A DNA stretch of 64,000 nt, from positions 256,001 to 320,000 of the forward strand of contig CBDBCZ010000018.1 of the NCBI GenBank assembly GCA_965203295.1. The letters run 5' to 3'. Source of the stretch: Nitrospirales bacterium. GTDB lineage: Bacteria; Nitrospirota; Nitrospiria; Nitrospirales; UBA8639. Position 1 is the stretch's first letter. The number at the start of each line of letters is the position of its first letter. Below are positions 1 to 12,189 of this stretch, piece after piece. The position numbers and the translations under genes were made by a program. The notes beneath the pieces were generated by a model. The model ran no database searches. It was not told the DNA's origin and saw only the letters and a program-made list of their open reading frames with translations.

Positions 1-2305
1 CAACTGCCCTGCCTACAAGACTCGAACATAAGTCGCTAGTCAGAGGGTTGGGGAGGGAGAATTACACACAAGTGCCCTGCCTACAAGACTCGAACACAAG
101 TTGCCGGTCAGAGATGGGGGAAAGGGGTGATATACACACAACCACCCTGCCTACAAGACAAAAGTCGCCGGTCAGGGGATGGAGAACTACACACAACCAT
201 GCTACCTACAAAACCCGAACACAAGTCACCGACGAGGGAGAAGGGGTGACAAACACAACTGTCCTGCCTATAAGACTCAAGCACAATTTGCCGATCAGGG
301 TGCAAGGACTCGAACACAAGTCGCCGATCAGGAAGGGGGTGACATACATATAACGGCTCTGCTTACAAAACCCGAACGCAAGTCGCTAGTCAGGGAGGGG
401 GAGAACTACACACAATCGCCCTGTCTACAACACTCCAACAATTCGCCGGTCAGGGGCGGGGGATGACTACACACAACTGCCCAGCCTACAAGACTCAAAA
501 ACAAGTGGTTGATCAGGGAGGGGGGAGGGGGTGACATACACACAAGTCCACTACCTACAAGATTTAAACACACGTCGCCGGTCAGGGAGGGAGGAAAGAA
601 GTGACATTCACACAACCACCCTGCCTACAACACTTAAACACAAGTCGCCGGTCAGGGGATGGAGAAGTACACATAACCACGCTACCTACAAGAATCGAAC
701 CCAAAAGGGAGGGAGAAGGGGGGACATACACACAACTGCCCGTCCTATAAGACTCAAGCACAAGTCGCCGATCAGGGAGGGGGTGATATACACACAACTG
801 ACCTGCCTACAAGACTCGAACACAAGTCATCGATCAGGGAGGGGGTGATATACACACAACTGACCTGCCTGCAAAACTCGAACACAAGTCGCCGATCAGG
901 AAGGGGGTTACATACACACAAACGCCCTGCCTACAAGACTCGAACGCAAGTCACCGGTAAGGGAGAGGGAGAACTACACACAATCGCCCTGCCTACACAC
1001 AACCGACCTGCTTACACGACTTGAACACAAGTCGTCGGTCAGGGGATGAAGAAGTACACATAACCACGCTACCTACAAGACTCGAACACAAGAGGGAGGG
1101 AGGGAGGGAGGGAGGGAGGGAGGGAGGGAGGGAGGGAGAGGGGGGACATACACACAACTGCCCGTCCTATAAGACTCAAGCACAGGTCGCTGATCAGGGA
1201 GGGGGTGATATACACACAACTGCCCTGCCTGCAAGACTCGAACACAAGTCGCCGATCAGGAAGGGGGTGACATACATACAACCGCCCTGCTTACAAAACT
1301 CGAACACAAGTCACTGGTAAGGGAGAGGGAGAACTACACACAATCGCCCTGCCTACAAGACTCAAACACAAGTGGCTCGTCAGGGAGGGGGGCAGGGGTG
1401 ACATACACACAACCGACCTGCTTACACGACTTGAACACAAGTCGCCGGTCAGGGTAGGGGGAGGAGGTTACATACACACAAATGCCCTGCCTACAAAACT
1501 CAAACACAATTTGCTGAACAGGAAGGGTGTAACATACACATAACCGCCCTGCTTACAAGACTCGAACACAAGTTGCTGAACAGGAAGGGGTGACATACAC
1601 ACAACTGCCCTGCCTACAAGACTTGAACACAAGTCGCTAGTCAGAGGGTTGGGGGGAGAATTACACACAAGTGCCCTGCCTACAAAATTGGAACACACGT
1701 CGCCGGTCAGGGAGGGGGGAAAGGGGTGACATACACACAACCACCCTGTCTATAAGACTGAAACACTAATCACTGGTCAGGGGATGGAGAACTACACACA
1801 ACCACGCTACCTACAAGACTCGAACACAAGTCACCGATGAGGGAGGGAGGAGGAGGTGCACACACAACTGCCCGCCTATAAGTCTCAAGCACAAGTCGCC
1901 GATCAGGAAGGGGGTGACATACACACAACCGCCCTGCTTACAAAACACGAACGCAAGTCGCCAGTCAGGGAGGGGGTCAACTACACACAATCGCCCTGTC
2001 TACATGAATACACACAACCGCCCTGCCTACAAGACTCAAACACAACTGGCCGGTCAGGGAGGGGGGAGGGGTGACATACACACAACCAACCTGCTTACAC
2101 GACTCGAACACATGTCGCCGGTCAGGGAAGGGGGAGGGGGTGACATACACACCAACGCCATGCCTACAAGACTCAAACACAATATGCCAAACAAGAAGGG
2201 GGTGACATACACATAACCACCCTGCTTACAAGACTCGAACACAAGTCGCCGGTAAGGGAGGGGGTGACATACACAGGACTGCCCTGCCTACAAGACTCAA
2301 ACACA
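1..2305 (+). repeat. ~58-62 bp tandem satellite array (unit ~ACACACAACYGCCCTGCCTACAAGACTCGAACACAAGTCGCCGGTCAGGGAGGGGG..GGGGTGACAT)
   Basis: Dozens of diverged tandem copies run from the window start; the same family occurs in reverse orientation at 34.5-50.2 kb. Confidence 0.95.
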
Positions 2306-3255
2306 AGATAGAAACGCGACATCTGAGTCACTGTTTTCTCAGGATACAGCAAGCCATACATTTTCAAATCTTCTATTTCAGCATCATTGAAACATTTCTC
2401 TTGCAGCGGTGACATGAGTTTGTAGGATGACTTCTATACAGCATCAATGTATTTCTACTGGGCGTGAGTACTGTTGCAATTGCTTTACTAGAAATGTATC
2501 AATTGTCATTTGATCTACTGAGCTGAAGCTGCTGGTGAGTTGCATAGCACTAATTTCAGAATACATTTTTTTGACAAAATCATTGTTAGATTCCGTTTCA
2601 ATGGGACTGTAAAGCAAGAAACTACTTAAACATTTGTGTTTCTGGTTTGCCCCATATTTTTGTGCTCTCCAGTGTTCCATTATAGCACTCAAAAGAGAAA
2701 GTCCAAAATGCAGCAAGTGGTCCATAGCAGATTGTTGCAAAGATGGCAGGGCATGTACATATTAGGAGTACAACGTTCACGTCCATAGAGTTGTTCAAAG
2801 CACTTGCAGAATTGTACAATGAGCTGATGTGCATTACTAATGTCCTGGTGAGTGATGGCAAGCTGACAAAGTAACACACTTACAAAAAGACACCAACAGT
2901 CTGCAGATGGAAATCATGAAAGGAGTACACCGAGTAGATCAGTAACAAATTCTTCCATTCATCAGCAGTGAAAGAACTAAACCCAGACCCTATTTTCCGA
3001 GGAATTCGGCCAATCTTTGCAGGCGGTACTATCGAATCCACTTCACTTTGCCGTTCATCAAAATGAACTGCTTCAAGATTTTGTAAATCCTTTCAAGTGT
3101 TTTGTTACATGCTTTGCAAGCCCAAGAAATAAGTTGTGCATGGGATCTATCACGTGATGACGTATAACATCAATAGGGTAGCCTGGAAAGCTCAGTGTAT
3201 CTTCCTCTGATTTTTCAATCCGCTCGCATTCACTTGCAGTAGATGCATTCTTAGT

Positions 3256-3359
3256 ATTAGTTATTATACGGAAGCGAGTGCCGTATACCAGATATTGGCT
3301 CTGACGTCATACCGTGCCAATATCTGGTATACGGCACGCGCTTCCGTGTAATAACTAAT
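3256..3359. repeat. 5'-terminal hairpin of Crypton 1 (44-bp arms, 16-bp loop)
   Basis: 3256-3299 is the reverse complement of 3316-3359 with 2 mismatches. Confidence 0.95.
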
Positions 3360-3406
3360 TTGTTGCATGGTAACCGTTTGCTGCTTGACAACCCCTTAGC
3401 AATACC

Positions 3407-4813
3407 ATGGTAACAGTGACGTCAAAGCGTAGCAAAATTTGCAGCAGTACAGTACAGTCGAGTTTGCAGCAGTACAGTATATTGTTGGAGTCACGGTTTG
3501 GTGACACAGTAACTACCGAAAAGGAGCTTTGTGAGCTTTCAAAGGGTTTTGTACCTAGAGCTACTCGAGAAAATACCCTGTGGGCTTTGAATAATTTTCA
3601 GCAATGGAAAGAATGGCGTCAGAGTATGAACTCAGTTGACGTCATCCCCGAGCGTTTGCTGGAAGGAAGAGATTCTGAAGCTCTGAATAAATGGCTCTCC
3701 TTGTATGTGAAGGAAACCCGACGTAAGGATGGGAAGCCGTTCCCTTCCCGAACCATTGACATGTTGCTTTGTGGACTGAAGCGTCACATGAAAGAACTGA
3801 ACCCTGACGCTGTTGATATTCTAAATGAGAAAGACCCGAGATTTGCTGGATTGCGTGGAACACGAGACACTGTATCTAGACAGTTACGTGAAGCTGGTGT
3901 TGGTGCAACTGTGAAGCACACATCTGTATTCTCGGCAGCAGAGGAGGATCAACTGTGGTCTGCAGGTGTGCTGGGCGTAGACTCTCCCAGGGCATTGTTG
4001 AATGCTGTGTTCTTCACAGTTGGAAAAACATTTTGTTTAAGAGGAGGGAGAGAGCATGAGATGCTAAAACTAAAGCAGTTCAAGTTTGGAACGAAAGGGA
4101 GTGCTTGTGCTGAAAGGAAGGTTGATTTTGTGGTGTACACTGAGAATGGTTCGAAGAATCAGTCAGGAAGCTATAAGGATCGTGGTGAAGCCAAGGAGGT
4201 GAAACATTTTGCAAATGAAAGGCTTGGGGAAAGGTGTGCAGTGTACTTGCTCAAACTATACTTTAGCAAACTTCCGATGGATATTGTGGAAAATGGAGAC
4301 GAAAAACTTTACTTTCAACCAAAACAGAAGACACCACCAAATGGCATTGCTTGGTTCAAGAGGCAACACATTGGTCGGAATGTGCTAAATAAAATGGTGT
4401 CTCAAATGTGTGAAAACGCTGGGATTGAAATGAAAACCAATCACAGTCTAAGGGCAACCGGGGCTACCAGGATGTTTGAGGCGGGCGTCCCCGAAAAGTT
4501 GATCCAGCAACGCACTGGGCATTGTAGTTTAGATGCACTGCGCCTGTATGAACGGTCTTCTTCTGAACAGCAAGAGGCTGTTTCGGAAATACTCGGTTCC
4601 ACTAAAAAGGTCAGCTATGAGAGTGTCTTACCATCTCCTCCTGTTCCTGAGCCTCAAGTTGGACCACTCTCTGTGGTTCCTCAAGTTGGAGCACCTGTGC
4701 CTCCTGGAGTTGGTCCACTACCATCTGACAGTGATTCCACTAAACATAGTGGTTTTGTCTTCAGTTCTTGCCATGGTTGTACAATCAACCTCAACATCAA
4801 CCAGCCTAGCTAA
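3407..4813 (+). CDS. Crypton tyrosine recombinase (DUF3504-type, related to ZMYM/QRICH1/KCTD1 domains), 468 aa
   Basis: Uninterrupted ORF with ETRRKDGKPFP, FCLRGGREH (catalytic R), SKN, TNHSLRATGAT (HxxR), TGH and LRLY (Tyr nucleophile). Confidence 0.9.
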   Translation: MVTVTSKRSKICSSTVQSSLQQYSILLESRFGDTVTTEKELCELSKGFVPRATRENTLWALNNFQQWKEWRQSMNSVDVIPERLLEGRDSEALNKWLSLYVKETRRKDGKPFPSRTIDMLLCGLKRHMKELNPDAVDILNEKDPRFAGLRGTRDTVSRQLREAGVGATVKHTSVFSAAEEDQLWSAGVLGVDSPRALLNAVFFTVGKTFCLRGGREHEMLKLKQFKFGTKGSACAERKVDFVVYTENGSKNQSGSYKDRGEAKEVKHFANERLGERCAVYLLKLYFSKLPMDIVENGDEKLYFQPKQKTPPNGIAWFKRQHIGRNVLNKMVSQMCENAGIEMKTNHSLRATGATRMFEAGVPEKLIQQRTGHCSLDALRLYERSSSEQQEAVSEILGSTKKVSYESVLPSPPVPEPQVGPLSVVPQVGAPVPPGVGPLPSDSDSTKHSGFVFSSCHGCTINLNINQPS

Positions 4814-4913
4814 CTTTTTTTGTATTGCCACTGTTGAGTTTCAAAAAACATTTTTACAAGTAATTGCTTACTTCATGGGCTTCTGGTAAGAGATGAAAGA
4901 TGCTGCGTGAACG

Positions 4914-4965
4914 CGTACTCTATCTGAGATAAAGTACATGTGTACTTTATCTCAGATAGAGTACG
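4914..4965. repeat. Perfect palindrome (25-bp arms, 2-bp loop) near the Crypton 1 3' end
   Basis: CGTACTCTATCTGAGATAAAGTACA-TG-TGTACTTTATCTCAGATAGAGTACG. Confidence 0.95.
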
Positions 4966-7475
4966 GTTGTGACGTCACACGGTGCCCTATACGAGATATT
5001 GGCATGCCGGCGCCTTTGATTCGCCCACGCACTATGCTACAAACATCGATACACTTTTCATAGAGTACTTTGAAGTTTCTAGGTTCCCAGTCATCACAAT
5101 CATAACCAGAGAAGTCAGCCTTGCTACCAAAGGAGTCAGTTTTAAATTCATGGAGACACTTTGAACATCCTTTAGTTGCATTCTGTTTCAAAAATCCACA
5201 CTTTTCTCGTAGCTGGTAGATCACACACGCTACATGAAAGAATTGCTCGAACAGTTGTTAATCCAAACATGGAATAGGGATTAGGAAGAGTTACACCACT
5301 GTAAAGCTTCAAAAGATCATTAACTAGTGGTACTAGGTATGTGTTCATTGTTTGTGAAGGTTCTGTCGGTCCTGGTGTCAAGCCAATGAGAATAATATTA
5401 TCAACTTTAAAATGTTCAGATCGAGGAAGGGTTTGAATGACAAGGCAAACATTACCTACAGAATATTGTGTATCATCAAACGGATTGAAGCAATCTATAT
5501 TGAGCATTAAGCAGAGGTTTGCAGGGGAAGCTAAGAATGGTCGTCCAATGATGTACTGAAATTCCTTTCATACTTTCCCATCATATATATCAGCATACGT
5601 ACCATTGAAAATCGAAGTATATATCAGCATACGTACCATTGAAAATCGAAGTGCTGCGCTGTCTCCAATGTTCACACTGTTCTAAGAAACCCTTTCGTAC
5701 TATTAGCTTTTGTATGCCAGATGTAACACTGTGGTAAAGAAATCTTTTCTTAGGAACTAACTGTTTTACTACCAACACGAACCTGCTTCATGAGAGCAGT
5801 GTTGCACTTCAACCGTCTGGAGTGATGAGGGTCGTTAGGAAAAGCAATAAAATCAGTGCTTTGATTTATTTACTCCACCTTCTGTGATGATACAATCAGA
5901 CAGTGCATAAAGAGTATGACACACTGGGCAAACGGCATACTCAGTAACACCATCTTGGTTTCTAGCCACTACCTTCCACACACTGTATAGGGACTTCAGT
6001 AATGACTGAGCAAGTACATTCAGTATAAAACTTCCTTGTGATACAGTTGCAAGATATGCAATTAATGTTCTTAGAAAAGTCAAGAGTTGTCATAGCCCGT
6101 TCTGAAACTCGGTATGTGAGTTGAAAAAAAATGAAAAACAAGAAACTTCCAAACTGCACATTCCTTACAACTTAATCATCACAAGCACTGCAGTCATCGC
6201 TGTCAAGTCTTCATCATCTAAGCCCTCCCATATTTCTTCAGCAGACTGCACGTTTTCAGCATTACTGCTGCCAAGGCTGCTAATAGAACTGTCTGAGTCA
6301 CTGTTGAGACCATACTCACATCGCATATCCAAACTGAAGCTGTTGCTGGAATTAGCCTACTCTGATTCATCAGCTGCTGAGCCAAAGTCAAAACTGGTAT
6401 CCTCAGATAAAAGACTGTGTTCAAAATCAGAACCTCCCTCACTTGATTCTGACGTTCTTGGACTCATGGTCATTGGAACTTCACGCTCACGGCCAGGACA
6501 TACAGACCTCGTGTGATCAGATCAGACCCCGTGTGATCAGGAATATGAAGAGAATACACGGCATGAGCAAACTCTTCATGGCACGAAGGACACTGCTTTC
6601 TGTTGTGGGCCATCACTGCACTCTTCGCTGTGAAATAAAAAATCAATCTGACAATCATCACGTTTTAGATTTACGGTCGAGCATATTATATAGAATTTCT
6701 ATTATTAGGCCGACACAACAGGACAATTTCCGATGGGAGCGTGGACAGGCATTGCCATTGCAATCTACACTTCAGCAGTATCCTTAGTGGCCCCTGATTT
6801 CCCTGATGCTGGCACACATCGGTGGTACAAGTTCAATTGTCGATCTTTTGCATACCTTCCAGAACTCTCTTGATTCTAAATTGCAGACAGTTTGTGCTAA
6901 ACTTGAAGATATTGATAGTCGGATGCTAAACCTTGAAAGCCGCCAGAGGTCTCTAGAAGATGAAGTACGTGAGTCTGTGTCGTCAAGTACCTCAATTAGT
7001 CCCAGTTCCGAGTCAGATAAGAGAAGAAAACGTGTTACTCCAGCTCAGCTTCAGGTAAAGTTGGTGCACATGGTTAACTTTGTTACGGTTATTCATTTGT
7101 AAAGTAAAATTAATGTTAATGGAATCTTCACCATGTGGTGTTAGTGTAATATATGATTATGAGAATGTGCACAGAGCTGTTATGTAGTGTGTGGTGATTT
7201 TTTCTGTCCCTTTCATTTGCAGAATCGTATTCGTACTGCTTACAACTCCTTCGACCAAGATTCCCAATTCAACTTGGATGAACTGTCAGTTGACCTGTGT
7301 ACTGATCCTTTATTTGTGTATATACATATTAAACTTCAGTATTTATCCCTTCATGTATACGTAGGATCACAAGTGTGCAGAATCAGGAGGTTGTGAAGAA
7401 GATTGTCGAATCAATCGATGGTCATGGCTACTCATTGGATCTAATTAGAATTAGGACTGTTGTCATAGATGTGTG

Positions 7476-8274
7476 CAGTGGCGGATCTAGGAATTTGCAA
7501 AGGGGGGTTCCAATACAGGGCCGCTGGTCCGTTTCGACATCATAAGCGCGCAAAGCGCGCGCGGTAGGGGGGTCTGGGGGCATGCCCCCCAGGAATATTT
7601 AGCAATTTCAGGCCTTCTAGGATCACTTTTGGTGCAATTTTGGGGTGAAAGAGCAAGGATCAGACGACCTGCTGCAAAATGTAGCCATAGTACTTGCGAT
7701 ACACTCAAGACACTCGCAAAGTAATTGGGAGGCGTGGCTCCGTAATAAAACGTAAATGCCCAGAGCACATGCTTGCTACGTACAGGAAATTGGCTATGGA
7801 GTGTGCATAATAATTTAGAAATAGAAATTCCAAATATACTGAAGGTTTAATAGTCTGAAAGAAGGAAAGGCAGCTTCATTCTCCTTGGATGAAGTTATTA
7901 ATAAAAGACTAAACTAGTTCTTTCATATGAGTGCTGCAGCTTCTCACAGTGAATACGATTCTTCTTCAGCAGTGAAAGGCCACTAAGTCGATCAGCAGTT
8001 ATTGTTCACAACAAGAGCAGGCGCTAATCTTGATACGGGCAGGAAATTAGTCTAGACTATAAATTACATTCATAAACGGTGTACTTATTGCATATGCACG
8101 TCCTGTGCAGTCTGCCCTGTGGAGATTCGGTGTGGCTTCTGTGTACTTCAGCGTGTGCCATAGCAGACATGATTTCGTTTGCGCAGGAATTACCAAGTTC
8201 GCAGTAAAAACAAGGCGGATCTTCAAAAGAGGGGTTCCATGGAACCCATGGAACCCCCTCTAGATCCGCCACTG
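7476..8274. mobile_element. Non-autonomous TIR element (MITE), hAT-like termini, 5-bp TSD
   Basis: 15-bp perfect TIR CAGTGGCGGATCTAG...CTAGATCCGCCACTG flanked by GTGTG on both sides. Confidence 0.85.
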
Positions 8275-8651
8275 GTGTGACATGTTGTGATTGTAGCTTG
8301 TGTTTCTTTGTAGAGGGGTGTCCAACGTACAAGAAAACAATCGGTCAAAGCAAAATGCAACACCAATTAAACGACAGAAGCTAGCACGATCACTGAAGCA
8401 AAGGGTGAGTAAATGTAATATGCTCAATCTATTTTAGGCACCATTTCACATTAGAGTACAGCTAATTAGTTTGCAGCAATTTCATTGGTCAATAAATTAC
8501 TTTAGTTACCTCTTAGGGGGGTAACTAAGTTGTAACTTAGTCACCTGCCTAGAATGAACAATATAGCTACATATAAGTGTTTTAGTTCTGAACACATTAT
8601 TATAACACATGTATAGCCACACTCTGGGTACAAGGAAATACAACTAATACT

Positions 8652-10238
8652 CTACTGATGACTGTTAAAGTTGATGTTCACGGTTCCGCATGAGCTGAGG
8701 TTGAAATTAAATGCATGTGCAGTCTTGGAGGAATATTGGAACGTGTCATTCACAGATCTTGACACTGACTGAGAAGTGCACACACTTGCTAACGATGGAG
8801 CCTGTAGACTGTGGTCATTTGCTGTCATATTACAGTCTAGGCATGGTTTCTTGCAGTTAAGAATGTCCGATAGAGCCATACGCTGTTCCTTTGAGGTCCG
8901 TTTGTAGCTTCGAATGCCTTCCAAACTACGATGTCCGGTACACTCCATTACCATCTGCTCATCAACTCCTGCACGATACAAGCGTGTTGCAGCAGTTGCT
9001 CGTAGGGAATGGTTCGTGTGATATCCTGAGATACCTGCTTGTTTGCACATCTCTGCAACACCATTTCGTAATTTGTTGTGCCCAAGTGGAGTGTGCGAAT
9101 ACCAGCAGCTATCTTTTGGGTTGGCTAGTGGTGACAGATAGAATGCATGATCTGGGCGGTTTGCTGGACAGAGAGAGCTGTAAAGCTTGAAAAGGCATAC
9201 AAAACACCTATCGGGACTATCTGGGTTGCCATGATGCTGCACAATTTTAGGTCTGATGTTGCGACTCTTCAAACCTCCTGGATGATTCTTTGAGTCATCT
9301 TCTGAATATTTGAGGTAAGGCCTCTCTCCTGAATTTTTAATCAGTTGAATTTGGCATGGTTTGTGTCGTAGTTAGCGATGTTCTGCACCGCTACGTAAGG
9401 CAAAGTAAACACCATTCATGAATATGATAGTGTTGATGAGTGCCTGTGGACAATGATCTCCTAGGACCTTGGCCTGCCATAATTTCTCTTCATCTACTTC
9501 AGTCAGAGGCTCGGCTTGTTTGGGCTTTGAACCCAGCCCTGTAGATTTGAGCCTCTTCATCTCAGCATCCAGTTTGCCGAAAGGTACTGAAGTCAGAATC
9601 TTTAAAGAAGTCAATGGAGGGCCTACCATTTTGACAAAGGTAGCGCATCAAACCACACACAATGTGGTAGAGGGAGTTGGGTGGGTACTCTGTGCCATCT
9701 TTTTTCCTTGCTTCTAGGACAAACCGACTAAACCAGTATTGCAGTTTCTCGAGACTTAGCTGAAGCAGTGGCTGTATAGTATCTTCTGCATTTGAGCTTT
9801 GATTTCGGTTAGAAGCCCAAGCATCCCACACTCGAACGCAATAGCCAGTGTTTTGTCTTGTTTTTTGGGGAACTGCATTTTGGCGCATCTTTATGACTTC
9901 TTCATCAGTCTTGGGTGTAGCAAAACGAGCATCGAGTTTCTCTTGTTTGCCCGAGTCTTGCTTCTCAAACTGCTGACTAGCCAGCATTAGCAACTTGTCA
10001 ACTTCATCCCTGAACTACTACTAGCAGCGGTGTCAGCTCCACCCCTCGTTGTTTCACTCGTATCTGCACGCTCACTGTCCGCTCCACCTCTCGTCTTTTC
10101 TGCAAGCTCACTGCCAGCTCCACCACTCACCGTCTCATCCCCAAACTCCGTACTGGTCGTGGATGACTCGTTTCAAAACCAGTCCGCGTACATTACTGGA
10201 CCAAGTAAGTCTTGAAGCGTTATTCCCGGGCTATCCAT
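8652..10238 (-). pseudogene. Crypton 2 tyrosine recombinase (DUF3504-type), disrupted
   Basis: ORF pieces 9562-9993, 9372-9629 and 8652-9272 give EARKKDGTEYPP, FALRSGAEHR*, TNHSLRATAATRLY and TGHRSLEGIRSY. Frameshift near 9570 and stop at 9372. The element spans roughly 8460-10474 inside an intron. Confidence 0.88.
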
Positions 10239-10328
10239 AGGAGAAAAACTGAAGCGTCGGCTATATACAACTGTTACAGTATACGCCGTTGTTACGTTAG
10301 AATGGGTTGCTATGCTGCTCTCTAAATC

Positions 10329-10470
10329 GGTTAGACGCCTCGACCAATGGGATCTACGCGATTTAGAAACCCTCGGGCCCTTAGTAGCGCCCTTGCTTTG
10401 CTCGGTATGCTACAGCCTCGGGCCTTAGGGTTTCTAAATCGCGTAGATCCCTTGGTCTCGGCGTCTAACC
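10329..10470. repeat. 5'-terminal hairpin of Crypton 2 (~45-bp arms)
   Basis: GGTTAGACGCC..GGGATCTACGCGATTTAGAAACCCT (10329-10373) pairs with 10427-10470. Confidence 0.92.
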
Positions 10471-11475
10471 TATATTTAGTATTTTTGCAGGCATATGAAA
10501 TGCGCCTCGGAAAAGAAACGAAATTCTGGGGTGACACTACCGCCGACATGATGTCGGAGGAAGAGTGAGTTGGAGATAAATACATTAGCCATCGTACAGA
10601 TCTGAGGAGCTAAACAGATTTATTAAGAAGCTAGATGAGCGTGCTAGGAGGAAGGGAAAATCGCATGCTCGATTTAGTTGTGAAGAGAGATCCCCAAGGA
10701 AACAACCCACTCCCGGGCACGGTAAGGTGTGGATGATCAAGCCAGATGATGAAGTTAGGGCAACGGATGATTGTGACCCCATTAATTCAGAAGTTGAACT
10801 CTTTAGTTTTGGAGAGGACACAGTATCTGAGCTTGAAAGTGATGACTAAAGCATAGTCAGTTAGTTATTGATGTCAGTGTTTCATTCCTGTATTGAATTT
10901 TGGTTATTCATTGATGACATAAGCAGGAAGTAATTTTTGCATGAATGGAATTCAATCTCTATAACAGTTTTAAGAAAGCTATAAACCAGTTATAAGCGTG
11001 TTATAGTTTTTTAAGATAAGCTGAAATTACACATAATAAGCACATGTTATAGTACCCCCTTATACTATATCTATAGCTTGTTGCCTGACGGCAGCCAGGT
11101 ACCGCACAGTGGTAATACTTCCTGTAACGTTCGAAGTTCGCTGGGGCTAAATAAAATGATGCAGTTAGAGACTAACCTTTTGATGCCATTGGAATGATTG
11201 ACATACCTGGCCTCACAGTGATTGTCGTCGCTATAATTTCTGTACAGTCGTGTTTTCGTATTAGCTGCAAGCTCTGCTTGCTAGACATTCACACACGCAA
11301 ACGCTATTAATTTTACAGATTCAATTTCCTGCCTGGGCTGCACGTGCAAATTATGGGCGGTTATGTTTACATAGGAAGTTTTACACGTGAGTAAACTGTT
11401 GTTGCAGTAAATTGATTCGTTATACTAGAGGCGCGGTTACCTTTAAGGGGGCGGTTATTTATCAGATTTTACGGT

Positions 11476-12140
11476 ATGTCCCTCACATTCAAACTTCTCC
11501 CATAACTTGTACTATAGCCTCTGGCCTTTCCTTTCAGTTGAGGCAGTTTTGTGGTGGTTCTGGCTTATGTGCAGGGCAATTATCTCTGAGGGACATGTAG
11601 TGCTATGTTCCTTCAAAATATTATGTCCCTCACATTCAAACCTCTCCCATCACTTTGTAATAATTATAGTCTCTGGCCTTTTCTTTCAGTAGAGGCATTT
11701 ATGTGGTGGTTCTGGCTTATGTACGAGGCAATTATCTCTGAGGGACATGTAGTGCTATGTTCCTTCAAAATATTATGTCCTTCACATTCAAACCTCTCCC
11801 ATCACTTTGTAATAATTATAGTCTCTGGCCTTTTCTTTCAGTAGAGGCATTTATGTGGTGGTTCTGGCTTATGTACAAGGCAATTATCTCTGAGGGACAT
11901 GTAGCGCTATGTCCCTTCAAAATATTATGTCCCTTACATTCAAACCTCTCCCATAATTTATAGTCTCTGGCCTTTCCTTTCAGTTGAGGCAGTTATGTGG
12001 TAGTTCTGGCTTATGTACGAGGCAGTTATCTCTGAGGGACATGTAGCACTATGTCCCTTCAAAATATGTCCTTCAAAATTAAACCTCTCCCATAACTTTG
12101 TAATAGTATTATTGTCTCTGGCCTTTGCTTTCAGTTGAGG
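11476..12140. repeat. ~152-bp tandem repeat, ~4.5 copies
   Basis: Unit TATGTCCCTCACATTCAAACCTCTCCCAT...GAGGGACATGTAG recurs at about 11476, 11622, 11774, 11926 and 12066. Confidence 0.9.
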
Positions 12141-12189
12141 CGGTTGTGCTAGCATTGTTGAACTTTGACGGGATTTAACAGCTGCTGCA

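Larger units (their letters stand above)
3254..5042 (+). mobile_element. Crypton-type tyrosine-recombinase DNA transposon, apparently full length (~1.79 kb)
   Basis: Removing this segment rejoins the host transposase frame (minus strand VLYEKCIDV|KNASTASECE). It contains an intact YR ORF, a 5' hairpin and a 3' palindrome. Boundaries are +/-1 bp. Confidence 0.85.
2310..6613 (-). pseudogene. Decayed CACTA/EnSpm-like transposase, interrupted by a Crypton at 3254-5042
   Basis: Fragmented minus-strand ORFs carry typical motifs: LNIDCFNPF, CDLPATRKV, GCSKC, IDPMHNLFLG, CTPNM..CHL, YGPL..FW.FSFE.YNG. Many stops and frameshifts; the 3' end is cut off by the satellite. Confidence 0.85.
6806..10849 (+). 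pseudogene. Spliced accessory gene (ORF2-like) of the CACTA element, divergent from the transposase and split by a MITE and Crypton 2
   Basis: Coiled-coil first exon 6806-7054 ends at a GT donor. Further GT-AG exons lie near 7222, 7366, 8314 and 10491. The last exon has DMMSEEE..FIKKLDER with stops. Head-to-head with the transposase. Confidence 0.55.

Noticed and set aside
1..2305. CRISPR-like appearance (conserved ~35-bp core with variable G-rich part) and many short ORFs
   Set aside because: The 'spacers' are homologous G-tract variants, there are no cas genes and the context is eukaryotic; it is a satellite.
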